In this document: positions 1 to 15,139 of the stretch, piece after piece
Layout of the letters: every line of letters begins with the position of its first letter
Position numbering within the stretch: position 1 is the stretch's first letter
DNA from: Piromyces finnis finn
Taxonomy: Eukaryota; Fungi; Neocallimastigomycota
Length of the DNA: 64,000 bases
Direction: 5' to 3'
Assembly (NCBI GenBank): GCA_002104945.1
Contig: MCFH01000002.1
Location: 1,860,001 to 1,924,000 of the forward strand
Notes under the pieces: generated by a model
The model's database searches: none
What the model saw: the letters and a program-made list of their open reading frames with translations, nothing else
What the model was told of the DNA's origin: nothing
Program-made: the position numbers and the translations under genes

Positions 1-127
1 ATTAATTTAGAAAATAATGTATGAATAATATACTTATTTTTAATATAAATTGAAATTAACCTATATTATTTTTTTTTAAATATGAAATAAATATTTTATC
101 TTTTTTTTTTTTTCTATTTTGATAAAG

Positions 128-3100
128 ATACGATTAAATTATCCAAAAGATGTTGTTCAAAATATTGGTAAACTACCTGAACGTAATATGAGTAGTTTAA
201 GAATAGAATCAAAGCAAATTCAGTTAAAGGTAAAAAATAGAAATTATAATTTATCAATATAATAAAAAAAAAATATCTAAAGATATTTTTGTTTTATTTA
301 TTTAATACTCATTTATATTAATAATAATTTCATAGATTGCTATGGAAATATATTTACAGCATATATATAATTTATTTAGAAATAGTGAAGAACTTGCTGA
401 ATTTTTATCTAAAGATATTATAATTTCAAATAATGTTGATATTTGTGATTTAGTATGAATTAAATAAATTAATATATTATATAATAATATATTATATGAT
501 ATAGTTAAAATACTGAAATTAAATTACTATTTTCTTTTTCTTAAATTAATACCGATTTTTAAATATTTATAATAATAAATAGAAAAATTCAAATATAAAA
601 TGTGGTTATTTATTTAAAAAGAATAACTTCATGGGATGGAGAACAAAATACTTTATTCTTAGTGATAAATATTTATCATTTTATGAAAGTGTATGTATAA
701 ATTTTTTTATATAAAAAAAAATATTCTTCTGAAAAAGAAAACTATACTTATTTATTATTTAATATGATAAATAATATAAAAATGCACTTCAATAGAAAGA
801 TGGCGAACTTTGTGATAATATACAATTAAAGAATGCTAAAGTAATGTCATTTAATCCTACCGGATTAAATAGAGAAAAGTTTCATCATGCATTTAAAATT
901 ATAGAATATAGAGATGACAAAATATTTGCAAAACATTTATTATGTTCAGAAAATGATGCAGATAGAGATGAATGGGTAGAAAAAATAAATGCTACAATAA
1001 GCAGGTTGAAAAATAACGAGGAATATGCAAATTCACCAAGCACATCTAGTAATAATATAAATACACCGATTTTATATAATAACAAAAGTTTTGGTTGTGA
1101 TAGTAATTGTAATGAATCTGCAAATAATAGTGATTTGGAAGAATACAAGAAAGACAATAAAAAGGAAAGGATTTTATCAAGTAATGAATCTGTTGTTAAT
1201 GGAACATTTGATGATAATATTAATGAAGAAAGTAATACTTGTAGAAAAAATAGCAATGTTGAAAGAAGTAATGAAAATGATGAAGCATATGATAATAGCA
1301 AAAACAATGATGATGATAATGAAACAGAAGAAAAAGAGAACGACGAGTCGAAATCATTACAAAATAATAATAATGGTTGGGATTCAGATAGTGAAGAAGA
1401 GAATGTTAATATGATCACTGAGTATGATGAAAATAACTATTTCCCACAAGGATTCAATTTTGATGATTTTGAGAAACAAGGTTTAGATATAAATGAATAT
1501 ATTAAAGCAAATAATTCAAAAATAAAATTAAATTCAAGCGAGGATTGCAATATCAATAATGAGAAGCATCAAAATGAAAATGCTGAAAATGAAAAAGAAG
1601 TAATAAATGAGGATGAGAGAGAGGATAAGAATGAGAATGAGAATGAGAATGAAAATGAAAATGAAAATGAAAATGAATGTAATGAAGAAAAAGAAGAGAA
1701 TTTGAATACAAATGAAACTGAAAATAAAAATAAGGAAGAAGAAATAACAGTTAAAAGTTATAATGAAAATGATAATATCATTAAAGAAATGGAAGAAAAC
1801 AGTGAAGAAAAAGAATACGTTATAAGAGAGGAAATAACTGAAGAAAAGGAAATAAATAAAATTGAAACCAATAATAATGATTTAGAAAATAATGATTTAG
1901 GAAATAAATCATTAAATATCGATAAAGGAGAAGAAACAAAAAAAAATAGATTAATTGATGACAATGAAAGAGTTATGCAACAAATGATTCCTCCACCATT
2001 AATGCCAAAAACAAACTTAATTCAACAAAAACAAAGATTAATTAAAGAAGAAAAACAAAGAAGATTACATTTTTCATGGTATATATTTAAAAAGGGCAAT
2101 AGTAGTAATAATGGTATGTTATCAAATATATAAATGAATTAAAAATAAAAACGGAAATTAAATATCAAGCTATTTATTTAAATATATTTTAAAAATATAT
2201 ACAATTATTTTCCAATAAAAAAAAAGATATTATAACTAAAGAATTCACTGGAAACAAGAAAATATTTGGTGTTCAATTAGAAACAGCAGTAAAGAATTCT
2301 AAAATTAAAGATGATTATGAATTACCAGCAATTGTATATAGATGTATTGAGTATTTGGATGCTAAAGGAGGTAATGGTTATAATTAAAATCCAAAAATAA
2401 TTTTTAATATAATCGCTCAGAATTATTTATATTTCAAATACATAAATTGTAGCATATGAGGAAGAAGGTATTTATAGATTATCAGGCAGTAAAGCAACAA
2501 TTCAATCTTTAAAAAATAGATTTGATAAATGTAGGTTATCGGTTTATTTGTTATTATCACTATTATTCCTATTTTAAGTTACATAAATTGTACTGATATA
2601 AAAATATAATTTTGCCTTTTTCTGTATAAATATATAAAAAAAATAGATGGTGATGTAAACTTGTTACAAGATAAAGAAATATATGATGTTCATGTAATTG
2701 CTGGTTTATTAAAATTATATTTAAGAGAATTGCCAACTACTATTATGACAAAGGAATTCCAACCAAAATTCATAGAAATTGCATGTAAATATTTTATACT
2801 TAGATATTTAAATAATTAACTAAATTAATATTCTTGTATTATATAAATATTTAAATTAAAAATAATATTATTTATTATTTATTATTTTATTTTATTTTAA
2901 TATTTGCTATAGCAATTATTAATCGAGAAGAAAAAATTAAAGCATTAGCAAATTTAATTTCATATCTTCCAATAGCAAATTATACACTTTTAAGATGTCT
3001 AGCAGCTCATTTAGTACGTATTGTACAAAACAGTGATTTAAATAAAATGACATTATCTAATATTGCTATTGTATTTGGGCCAACCCTTGGAATACCCATA

Positions 3101-4086
3101 AATTTATTTGTATTGATATTATCGGAATTTGAAGCGGTATTCTGTTGGACAACACTTAAGGAATCGGAAGAAGAAGAAAATATTATGTCTATTCTCTTCA
3201 GTGGACCCGAAGATTATCTTAATATTAGTTCTGTAAAGAAAGCTCAAAATGAAATAAGAAATCAAACTATTTCATCCAATACTAATAATCCAGAACTTAC
3301 TCCAACAACCTATAATAATTCATTAATATATAAGAGTAGTGGGAATATTCAAGATATTAAAGAAGAAGATGAAATCAATGATTCCGACAATAGTTCCAAT
3401 GAAGATGATGTTGTTCCTAATATTAATAATTTAATTACAGGTTCTATCAAATTAAGAGGAACTAAAAGTAATGTTAATATACGAAAAGAAAAAAACAGTA
3501 ATGAAGATATTGATGCCATAAAAGAAGAAGAGGTGAACATCCGGGAATCTCTAAGTCTTGGTAAAGAAATTGAAAGAATAATTGATGAAAAATGTAAAAA
3601 TTTAAGTGATAGTGATGATGATCAATATGAAACCATAATTTCCAATAATTCCTACGATACTATTAAAAGTAGACAACAACGTTGTAGTAGTTTATTTGTT
3701 AAAACACCTTCTCAAATAGAATATATTAAGAGTTTACGTAGATTATCCTATGGTGAAAAAGGTGGTACTATAAAGGTATTTAATAGAAATAGTCAAGAAT
3801 ACATGGAAGGTATACCGGACAACTTTAGATTATCTGAAATGTTTGCTAAAGAAATAAAAAGTAAATTTCATTACATTTATATCATAACATACATAATATA
3901 TTATTATATTATTTATTTTATAGATATTATATAATTTTTTATTTTAAAAATATATATATATTTATTTATATTAAAATAATATATTTGATATCTTATTAAA
4001 TTTACAATAAAAATTTAGTTACTGATAAAGAGGAACAACTACTGGAAAGTAAAGATATCTTTTATGAAAGTTCTTTAACACAATAG
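128..4086 (+). CDS. PX-PH-RhoGAP protein (Bem3-like architecture), multi-exon, 5' end lies upstream of the window
   Basis: Manual splicing at GT-AG introns. PX-like exons: IRLNYPKDVVQNIGKLPER and MEIYLQHIYNLFRNSEELAEFLSKD. PH domain: KCGYLFKKNNFMGWRTKYFILSD...HAFKIIEY...DRDEWVEKIN. Then a long acidic/Asn linker. RhoGAP motifs: IFGVQLE, PAIVYRCIEYL, EEGIYRLSG (Arg finger), VHVIAGLLKLYLRELP, NKMTLSNIAIVFGPTL. Last exon ends at TAG 4084-4086. Intron phases are consistent where checked. Confidence 0.88.
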
Positions 4087-4508
4087 ATCAATAAACAACC
4101 TCGAAAGAATAAAATGTATTAACTATGATTTTTAATTATTATTTTAATTTCCTTTTTCTTTTTTTTTTTTTTTCTTCTATAAAAAAACATTATTATTTTC
4201 TATAGTTTTTTATAGTGAAAAAAATGATATATAATAATTATTATCGCTTTTTATAATCTTGCTTAGCAATAGATATTTATCTATATATAAGAATTTTATA
4301 TATAATTTATTTATTATAATGTTAAAAAATTTAAATAAAAAAAATTATATAACAAATTAAATAATAAACTAGAATTTATTAGCCTATAATAATAAATATC
4401 TTATTCTAAAAAAAATAATTATAATAAAATAAATAAAAGAATACAATATTTAAATAATTTAATAAATTTGAGTCGATATGACTTTTAAAATTGTTACACA
4501 ATTTAACA

Positions 4509-4578
<70 letters not shown>
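4509..4578. repeat. (AAT)n microsatellite between convergent gene ends
   Basis: About 23 perfect AAT units; explains the poly-N, poly-L and poly-Y ORFs in the track. Confidence 0.95.
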
Positions 4579-4795
4579 GCATAATAGCTCTATTCTTATT
4601 ATTAATTGATAAATATGTTGAGATATGTAACATATGGTATTATACAAGGAATATAAAATCAATTTTATATTTTGTATTAATCCTTAATTTAAATATATTA
4701 ATAGTATTGTTCATAAGATGGTATAATATACAAAATTTTAAAGATGAAAATAAATATTTGAGAATATATATTAAGTAAAATAAAAGTAGTAAACA

Positions 4796-7700
4796 TTAAT
4801 TATCTTTTTTATTTTGTTGTTGTTGACGAAGAAAATCAACACGTTTTCTTGCTCTCAATAATGCATCTAATATATAAGTATTAATAAAAGAAATATATTA
4901 AAAAAATTATATATATATGAAAAGTAAAAATAGATTTTAAAATTTTAATTAAAACTTATATAAACCTGATATTTCCTTAAGGTTATTATTCTTCAAGAAT
5001 CTATATAAATAAGAAATATATATTTATATTAATTATAGCTTTTAAATTAAAAAAAGGAAAATATATATATATATATTTATAATTCATTTCTCAAGTTTAC
5101 CCATTATCATTCTTATTTGGATTTATAAGATGGAAGGAACTTCATATATACAAATATAAATATAAATACAATTTAGATATACACATATATCTTAATAATA
5201 ATAATTTATATGAAATTGAAAATTTTATTTGATACCCTATTTGATGAGCAATATTTAATCTAATTCTTATTGACCCCGATGTTTCTGTTTGAAAACCATA
5301 CTTATTTAAATATTTTTTCTAATATATATATATACGTAATATATGTATATATTTTTAATAATTGAATATATAGTTTTTTTTTTTTTTTACTTAAAAATTA
5401 TGAAATTCATTTTATATTTATTACATTAAACCCTTTTGGGAAATTTATATATGTAATATCTTCAAGAGTTAAAGTTTTTCCAACAAAATATTGACCCATC
5501 CTTTCACTGATTGATGGATAAGCTCTCCATGTATTAATAGTTTCATCATAATGACCTTTGTATTTTTTTAATAGAAATATTATTTTTTTTAATATTTTAC
5601 ACATTATAATATTTATTTAATTTTTCAATAAACCAATAAATAAGATTTAAATGTTAACATTTTTGTTACCTGGCATCCACGGAATATTATAAAAGCCGTA
5701 ACCTAAAGTTACATTTCGACACCATTTATCTTTAGTACATACATGGAAATACAATACCGGCCACTTGATATATGGATCTTTTTTAAAAAACAATATATAT
5801 CAACAATTTACATTATTAAATATATGTATATACTTTTATTTATTAACATTATTATTATACCATAATGAGCACTAAGTAAATCAAATTCAAATGGAAATGC
5901 AAATCTTGCTTCGTAATCATCTGTTGGGGGATCATAAATAAAATCGGTAAACTGAGTATTACCAAATAACATTTGTTTTGGAGAATGAGTATCATTTGTT
6001 TTCCAGTACTTTGGTAATTCTAAAGAATACTGAATATATCTTTTAAAATATATTTTTTATTAATATATTAATATATTATCATTATTCTTTTTATAAAAAA
6101 TAATAGTTCTTCTAATAGTTAAAATAATAATATAATTTTGAGGTATAAATATTTATATATATATAATTAAAAAGGTATTAATTACATTGAACTTTCATCA
6201 AATTTTCGAGCGGATACAATTTCACCAAATATCATTAATCTAAAACCTAACATTTCAGGTATTTCTTGAAAATCCTTTCCTACAATATAATTTCTTATTT
6301 CTAGACGTCTTTTTCATTTAAAAAAAAATAATAAAATAATATATATATATAATATATAAATTTTTATTCATTTCCTATATGGAATAATCATATATAGCCA
6401 TGTTATTGTTACTTTTTATCCACAGTTTCAAATAAATCCCATTCCTTATGTTCTTCCTGAGATGTTAATTGAGATGAACAGTTTTCCAATGAAAATTCAT
6501 ATACATCATAATCACCAATTGTAAATCTATATTTTTGATTATATGCTGGCTATTATTTTTAAAAATATATATATATGTATATAATATAATAATTAAAATG
6601 AATATAATTAAATATAAAATAAGATCCTTTATTATTTAAATATATGTAAATATATAAAAAATTATTTTTATTTTTTCAATTTTTAAAATAATAAATAAAT
6701 AATTATTTACTGTCATTGATATCCATCCATTTTCATAAGCTCTTATAGTACATAAGCGCTTTTCAACATAATTTACTTCTGCCTCTTCTACATTAGTCAA
6801 TATATTATTATCCTCTAAACTCATGAGTAAATCTTGTGTTTCTTCATCTTCTTCATTATTATCATCTTTATCTAATTTATTTTCTCTTTTTTTCCTCAAA
6901 CTAGCTTTTTTTCTTGCTAAAATCTCATACATTTTTTCTTCTTTATCCTTTTCACTAAAATAAAAATTATTATACCAATTGTCATGAATATTATAATATT
7001 TATATAATTTAAATAGGCATTATTTATTATAATTTTTAATTAAATAATAGATGGTGATAATGATAATTAGATAAATTAAAGTAAAGAATATTTAATAAAT
7101 TATTAGAAATTGAAAGTAAAAAAGGTTACCCTCTCTCAAAATATCCCATAATATGCATTTCTCTAAAAGACGAATAAAAACCAGGTTGTTCGTTATGAAC
7201 ACCAGGAAATATTAATCGATCTGCTTCATCTTTTAAAAATGATTTACATTATATTTAAAATAAATTGTTGTAGTTATAATATAATTTGCAATATGCAATA
7301 TATACATATTTATATATTAAAATCATTATAATATAAAAAACATTAAATAATTACTATTAAATGAGAATGTATAAAATTTCAGATATCATATTTATTTAAT
7401 TTTTACCTTCATAATTTGTTGATGTATGCCTTTTTTTATCTCTTATAGTTAATTTTCGTTTTGCCAATTTTGTTACAGGTTCTTCATTTGTCATATTTTC
7501 TATCAAAGGATAAAGCATATCTTGATCAATATGATTATCAGCGTCAACATATGTAAATAATTGTCTTTTTTTTATAATATTTCTAGCTAAAGAAAAAAAT
7601 ATATTTATATATAGTAATACCAATAGTGTTATTATCAAAAAAAAACCTTATATATATATTTAAATATATTTATATATATTTATATAATAACATATTAAAT

Positions 7701-8384
7701 AGAAATATTATACATGATTCTATTTTATTTTTTCGTATTAATTGAGCTTCAATACTTTTTGAATCAGAAAGAATATTTTCCAATTGTATATGATGTTTTC
7801 TTTCAATTGTTGTTGGATAAGTACCTACATCTGCATATTTAAATACTTCTCTATTATATAATAAAAAAAAATATAAATTTAAAATATTATTGAATATTCT
7901 TGTTTTATAAATATTTTTTTTCTTTATCTTTTAATTAATATGATAAAAAATAAAAATAAAAAAAAAAAGAAATTTACGTTGGACTAAATATTTTTTCTTG
8001 CCATCCAATGACAACTTCATAAGCTGAAGGTAATGGTGATGTTGCCATTGAAATATTTGATTTCGATTTTGATTTTTCCAATTTTAATGAAGAAAAAGAT
8101 TTATTTAAGTTATTATCATTTTCTTTATTGGTCTCATCAATTGTGACCTCTTTGTAGGGCAAACCATCAGTAACATTATTTGAAACATCTCTAATATTTC
8201 TAAAAATATTTCTATGATTTATATCAGCAATCTTTACTAAATGCGCTTTTATTTTTAAATTTTCAATAGAATCAAATGAACGATAATATGTAGTTCTATT
8301 TAAACTTGTTTGTAATGATGGATCTTCAAAAGGATTTTGTAATAAAGAACTTATAGAAGATAATGAATTATAATTTAATTCCAT
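4796..8384 (-). CDS. MKS1: Meckel syndrome type 1 protein homologue (B9/C2 domain, ciliary transition zone), multi-exon
   Basis: Spliced translation gives YYRSFDSIENLKIKAHLVKI, VIGWQEKIFSPTEVF, KRQLFTYVDAD, ARFAFPFEF, WPVLYFHVCTKDKW...GYG, INTWRAY, NKYGFQTETSGSIRIRL, ALLRARKRV. From memory these match human MKS1 motifs in order (VYRSRDPVRNLRLRVHL, WQEKLFS, RRIFTYTDSD, WPVLYCEV, RFGFRTETTGTV, FRRARRR). ATG 8384-8382, TAA 4798-4796. Confidence 0.88.
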
Positions 8385-8737
8385 TATTATTATTATTATT
8401 TAATTATTAGTAATATTTTTCTCTGTTTCTTCTATTAAAAAGTAATATATAAATAAAGAAGTTATCGAAAAAAAATATTTTAGATTTCAATATAATTTTA
8501 TTTTCTGAATAAAGTAATTTTCTTCTTTCAGTCCATATTTTTTTTTCGCTTACAATTTTTATAGAATTTAATATTTCATCCTTTTTTTTTTTTTTAATTT
8601 TTAAATGAAATAAAATTTGATATTCACTCAATTACTCAATTGAAAATTTTAATTTTAATTAAAAAAAAGTTAAAAACTAGTAATCATTAATAATAATAAA
8701 AAAAAAGGTTTAATAAAAATGAAATAAATCATATAAA

Positions 8738-8941
<204 letters not shown>

Positions 8942-10869
8942 AATGTTTATTCATTAGTAAACTAAAAAATAAAAAAAGTGATTTAGTATTTATTTATTAA
9001 ATATATTACAATAATTATATTATTAAAAAAAAGGTTTTAAATAATTATTATTTAGACCAATTTAAAATACCATTTAATAATCATAATACAATATACTTTT
9101 ATTTGATAAAAAAAAACTAAATTGAAAAAGAATAACTAATTTGATATAATTTATTACTTTAAAGTATTTAATATATATATTCACATTATTTTTACTACAA
9201 TAATATTGTAATTAGTAAAGCTTGGATAATTTTATTTTCATTGTTGAATATATAACATAATAAAATAAAATAAAATAAATACGCCTCTTATTGTATATTT
9301 TTATAAATTAAAATTGAAAATTTTTAATTATGCTCTTAAAGGAAATTTTTAATTAATTAAAATTTTAATTTAAAATTTATTAATTAAAATTTATTCATTT
9401 TTTATGTTTCCAAAAAAATTTAGTTTATTTTCCATAAAATAATAGTTATAAAATTTAATGATAAAATGAAACAAAAAAAAAAAAAAAAAACTTTGTTATT
9501 ACCTTTAGATAGTTATTGATAATACATTAATATTTTTAAGCTATTAATAAAAACATTCTTCGATTATTATTAAAATACTTTTTGATTTATATTATATACT
9601 ATATGTATAAAAAATAAAAAAAAAAAATAATAATAATAATAAAAAGACAAATCTAATAATCTTTCATAAAACAACTTTTAAAATGAATAATAATATTAAA
9701 ATCTTTATATTATTATAATTAATTTATTATATTGTGAAAATAATAAATTAATTATATTTACTGCTCATATCTTGATCATTACTTAATATAATATCTAATA
9801 TAGTATATAATACGATCATTTCTAAAAGATTGATATCCTATATATATATATATTATTATCTTTTGAAAATATAATATAATAATATATTTATCATTGCTAT
9901 TGTTGTGTTATGCAAATTATAAATAAACACACAAATAAACTAAGTATTTTCTATCCTTTAATTAAATTATCTAAAAGTATAAATTTTTCAGAATTTTCAT
10001 ACCGGTTTTTTCATAATCTTTTTTATTGCTCATTAGATTATACAAATTTTGGTTTTACAAACAACACAAATACCTATCGTTTAACATTTTTGATTGACGA
10101 TAGAAATAATATGAATAATAAAATATAATTCTTTTTTAAAGCACCTTTATTTATTGATTAAATAGAAAGATAAAATATTAACAAGTTGGTGTTGTTTAAA
10201 AAATATTTATAATAAATAATCAATACTTATTATAACTAAATAAATATATAAATCTATAATGTATTTGAAATAAATCGAATTATAAAATTAGTTTTATTTT
10301 TAATATCTCATATGAAACGATAATACTAAAAATAAAAATTAAAAATGCAAATATTAATAGACAAATAATGGTAAATGATAAAAAGAAATATTAATATATG
10401 ATTAAAAAGATATATATATTGATTTAATCCTTATCATTACTATTTCTTTTTTGATTAATAAATAAATAATAATAAATATTGTATTTTATACAAATAAATA
10501 ATTAATTGAATAAATAAATAATTTAAGTATATATTATATTCTAAAATGATAAATATATATAATTATAGTTAAAGCCATAAAGAAGGAAATAAAAAAAAAA
10601 AAAGAAATTTATAAAATAAATATCAAGAATGAAATGTTCTTTTTTAATTTATTTTATTTTATTTCTTCAATTTCTTTATCTTCTTTAGTGCTCTAAAATT
10701 TTAATATTTACACTAAAATAAATAAATAAATAAAATAAATAATTATAATAATTATATGTGAAAATGCGTTATTGATACAGTTCTATATATATTGCGAATA
10801 AATGCTTCTATTTATCAATTAAAAAAAAAAGTAATAAAGAAAATTATTTCAATTTAAAATAAAGTCTTT

Positions 10870-11142
10870 CTACATTTTTAAATTTTTTGTCATAGAAGCA
10901 AATAATACAGAAATCCATCCCCTAAAAAATTTTTAATATAATAAATTGTTATTAGTAATTTTATTACTAAATTATTATTGCTATTTTTATTATTGTTCTT
11001 GTTTTAAAATAACATACTTTAAACTTGAATCAAAAGAATTTCTTTTTGTAATCATATTATTGCGTGATCTTTTTTTAATAAAATTATTAAATATATATTT
11101 AGTTACTATTTTTTAAAAAATAAGAATATATATAATCTCAAG

Positions 11143-11178
<36 letters not shown>

Positions 11179-11289
11179 TTACAAATATGTTTCATCATAT
11201 ATATCATTTACTGATGGTAAAATAACATGGTCAATGTCATGAGCATCAACATTATTTTCGTAATGAATTTTGATAACTTCTCTAATCAT
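10870..11289 (-). CDS. Predicted 69-aa three-exon small protein of unknown function
   Basis: Exons 11289-11183, 11068-11018 and 10921-10870, with GTAAGT and GTATGT donors and AG acceptors. Both introns are phase 2 and keep the frame open: MIREVIKIHYENNVDAHDIDHVILPSVNDIYDETYLSRNNMITKRNSFDSSLKGWISVLFASMTKNLKM*. Exons are richer in GC than their flanks. Confidence 0.6.
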
Positions 11290-11703
11290 TTTTTACTTTT
11301 AATATATTATAAATATATTTAAATATATTTAAAATTTCTTTCAATTGTTATCGTTATTGTTTTAAATTATTGTTACAGTTGTATTTCTTTATGGAATATG
11401 CGGATAATTTAAAATAAAAAAAAAAAGAATTTCCCTTCTATATTATTTTTTTTTTTTTTTTTTTTTGAATAAAATAATATATTATTTCTCAAATTTAGTT
11501 GTTTTTATTTCCTTCTAATCAATACAAAAAGAACATATATTGCATAAAAACGTTTTTAAAATTCGAAATTTATTATTTTATTATTATTATTGTTAAGTAT
11601 TACTCGTGCGCTTTATACTTTATATAAAAAAAATAAAGATGATAAAAGAATTATATAAGTACATTGAATATATTAATAAAAATATTAAATATATAGTTAT
11701 TTA

Positions 11704-11734
<31 letters not shown>

Positions 11735-14406
11735 CATAGTTACAATTTATTTGGCTCTGCTCGATAAAAATAATACTTTTTACTTTTACTTTTTTAATAA
11801 AATCTATTAAACTCCCGTAAAAAATACAAAATTACTTTTAAAACATATAATAATTGTATATTCTCTATATTCCTTTTTTTTTTGGGAAAAGTTACTTTCT
11901 TTTATATGAAAATGAATGAATAAAAAAAGAAAATAATTAATTTAATAATCAACTAAAAATCATACTTTATATATAAATTTATATATTGTAATATATGAGA
12001 AGATTACTGAGTTTGTAACATTTATTTATTTAGATATATAGTAATATTATAATTAATATATTAAAACATTTAAATAAATACAGTTTTTTTTAATTAATTT
12101 AAAAAGTATAAAAAAAATATTTAAATTTATAATTATTACATACGTATTATATACATTAAATTTAAAATTATGAAGATTATGTAATTTTTTTGATAAGAAA
12201 TTAACCAAAATTTTATTAAATAATCTAACCTAATTCTTTAAAAATAATAAATAATAATTCTCATTCGTTTAAAATACAAGATATATTCATTTAAATACAT
12301 TCAAATACATTCAAATACATTCAGATACATTATATGAATAAATAAAAAAAAGTATTCAATACCATTCTTATATCACTCTTAATAACAAATACAAACAAAA
12401 ATAAATATATAAAACTTCATTTAAAACTATTAAGAACTGATAAAATAATTTGATAGCGATGAAACACACACGATGTTATAGATGTTATAGATCAATGGTA
12501 ATTTATTACATTCCCACACTTCCAAGAAATTAAAGTGAAACAAAGATTAATTATTTTTCCAACCAGACAAATTAATACTACAAAATATTAATGCATAGAT
12601 ATATTAATAGTAAAGAATAATATAGAATAAACACAAGGTTATTACATTTTCGTTTTCTACATTACATTGTAACATTGTATACAATCAATTAAATATAATG
12701 TAATTGTAGTAATTTGTAATAAATGAAATATATTGTATGTTTGTAATATAAAAATGATGTTTAATGTTATTGATTTTTTAATTACAATTTTAAAATTGTG
12801 TTGTAAAAGTAATTCAAACGTATCGGTAGCATTTCTTTTCTTTTTTTATATATATATTAAAGTTTAAAAAAAAAAAGATGACTAATCAAAAAGTTTTTTT
12901 TTTTTGAGTCATTAATATTTAATATTCTATAGGATACAATAAAATAGTACTAACCCTTACCACTAAAAATCAATAAAAAGAACAAAGTAAAAATTTAAAA
13001 TAAAACTATAAATATATTTAAATTCTACTATTATAATAAAAGTATATTTTTTTTATGTATTATAAGATCTTATATAAAAGGTTAGATTATTATTATGACC
13101 AGATTTAGTTTGTATCAAGATTAACCCTTTATTTTTTTTAGATAAGTGCTTAACTTATCAAACATTAAAACAACTAATAATAAAGATTTAATATTATTTT
13201 TATAACCCATTTTCAAAGATAATGTTATACAAAAAATTAAACAATTAGACATTAAACCGTTTAATTTTTTTTTTCAGTAAAAGTATAAAATTATTTAGAT
13301 TTTTAATATTTATATATTTAATTATTATTTTTAAAGAATCAATTGAAGGTAATACTTGTAGAGGAATAAATTCAATAATATAAATATTAATTGAACATTT
13401 TATATTTTTTAATAGTTTAATATTTCATTTGTATTTTTATTTTAATATTATTTTTTTTTAAAAAAAATAATATTTTATATTATATTCATTAATACAGACA
13501 TAAATGAAATTTAAAGTCAAAATATTTGGATAATAATTTGAATTACTATTAAATTAACAATTCTTTTAATTCCATACTTGTAGTGTAATTAATAAATTTA
13601 TTAAATATTGTTTTTTTTTTTTTTCTTTAAAATTAATAATTTTATGCAAATTTGGATAGTTTTTATTATATTAAAAATAGTATTATTTTCTAAATTATTA
13701 ATTTTATAATGATATAAAATATAAATAATGAACAAAACCATTCGTTATTTCAATAAATAAAAGAATTATTGTAGGGAAATATTTAGTTTAAAATATAAAA
13801 TATTTATAATTTCATTATTATTAATATAAAAAATATAATGACTATAAAGATGATATATTATTTTTCAATAATGTTTATATTAATTATTGATAATTATGTA
13901 TAATGATATTTCTGATATATTTTTTTTTTTCAGTTTTAAAAAAGGTATTAGTATTATATATTGTTAGTAAAGGTCTATCTAAAAAATATATTATATATAA
14001 ATTATATATTAAAATAAAATAAAAAAAACCAGTATCAATATTAGAAATTGTATTATAAAACAAGCGAATGCTATCTTTATTTATTGTTTTATAACAAATG
14101 TCAATTATAATTCACCAGCTACTACAGGTAATACTATAATAGATAAACTCCTTCCTTCTCTTTTCATTTCATGTTTCATTTGCAATTGATATAGAGGTTA
14201 AGAATTTTTTTGGTATCGATTTAAATCCTTTTATATATATTCATATTTATTCTTTTCATGTACACTTTCATAAAATAAATATTACACACACACAAAAAAG
14301 TTATATATATCATAAGCGATATTTATAACACTAAATTATACGATCTTTGATATTAACATAATTTTTTTTTATTAGAATACTGTTACCTATTTATTTATTT
14401 TTTTAT

Positions 14407-14409
14407 TAA

Positions 14410-14484
<75 letters not shown>

Positions 14485-14501
14485 ACAAACAAACAAACAA
14501 A

Positions 14502-14560
<59 letters not shown>

Positions 14561-14561
14561 A
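14407..14561. repeat. (TAAA)n microsatellite with internal (CAAA)n block
   Basis: Direct reading of the tetranucleotide run. Confidence 0.95.
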
Positions 14562-15108
14562 TGTTAAAAATTTTAAAATCACAATTTTTAATATTCAGAA
14601 AAAGTATTTTTTATATGTTATTTTTTTTTAATTACTCTATGTCTGGATCTGGATATTAGATTTTGGATACTTGTAATTTATTTAATAAGATCATCTGGAT
14701 ATCAGATTTTATAATATTTTCTATTAACTAATAATTTGGGATGTAGTGTAATATGCGTCATCTGGATATTTGATACAATCTTTTAATTAATTAATCTATT
14801 CATAGACAAAACACTTATAAAAGTTTTATATTGTCTTTTTATTTAACATAATATGTGAATCGATTTCGATATCCAATAACTTTTTTATATGAATTTGGAT
14901 ACCTCTATAAATCCCTACCATTATATTTTTAATTAATAAATTTATTTGTTTACAAAAAAAAGTCAATTATTATTTAATTAGTAGATGTTAAATGCAATCT
15001 AATCAAAGAAGTAATAATATTTATTAAAAAAAAATGATATATTTGATAAATAATTGATTTTAAAAGTTATTTATAATATATATAAAATTTAAATATTTCT
15101 AAAAGATG

Positions 15109-15139
<31 letters not shown>

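Noticed and set aside
9990-10110. Minus-strand KC*TIGICVVCKTKICII resembling a piggyBac-type Cys-rich tail
   Set aside because: Too short, interrupted by stops, and no terminal repeats or transposase core nearby.
14630-14905. Clustered (T)GGATA(T/C) motifs in both orientations, like subterminal repeats of a non-autonomous DNA transposon
   Set aside because: No terminal inverted repeats or TSD could be identified.
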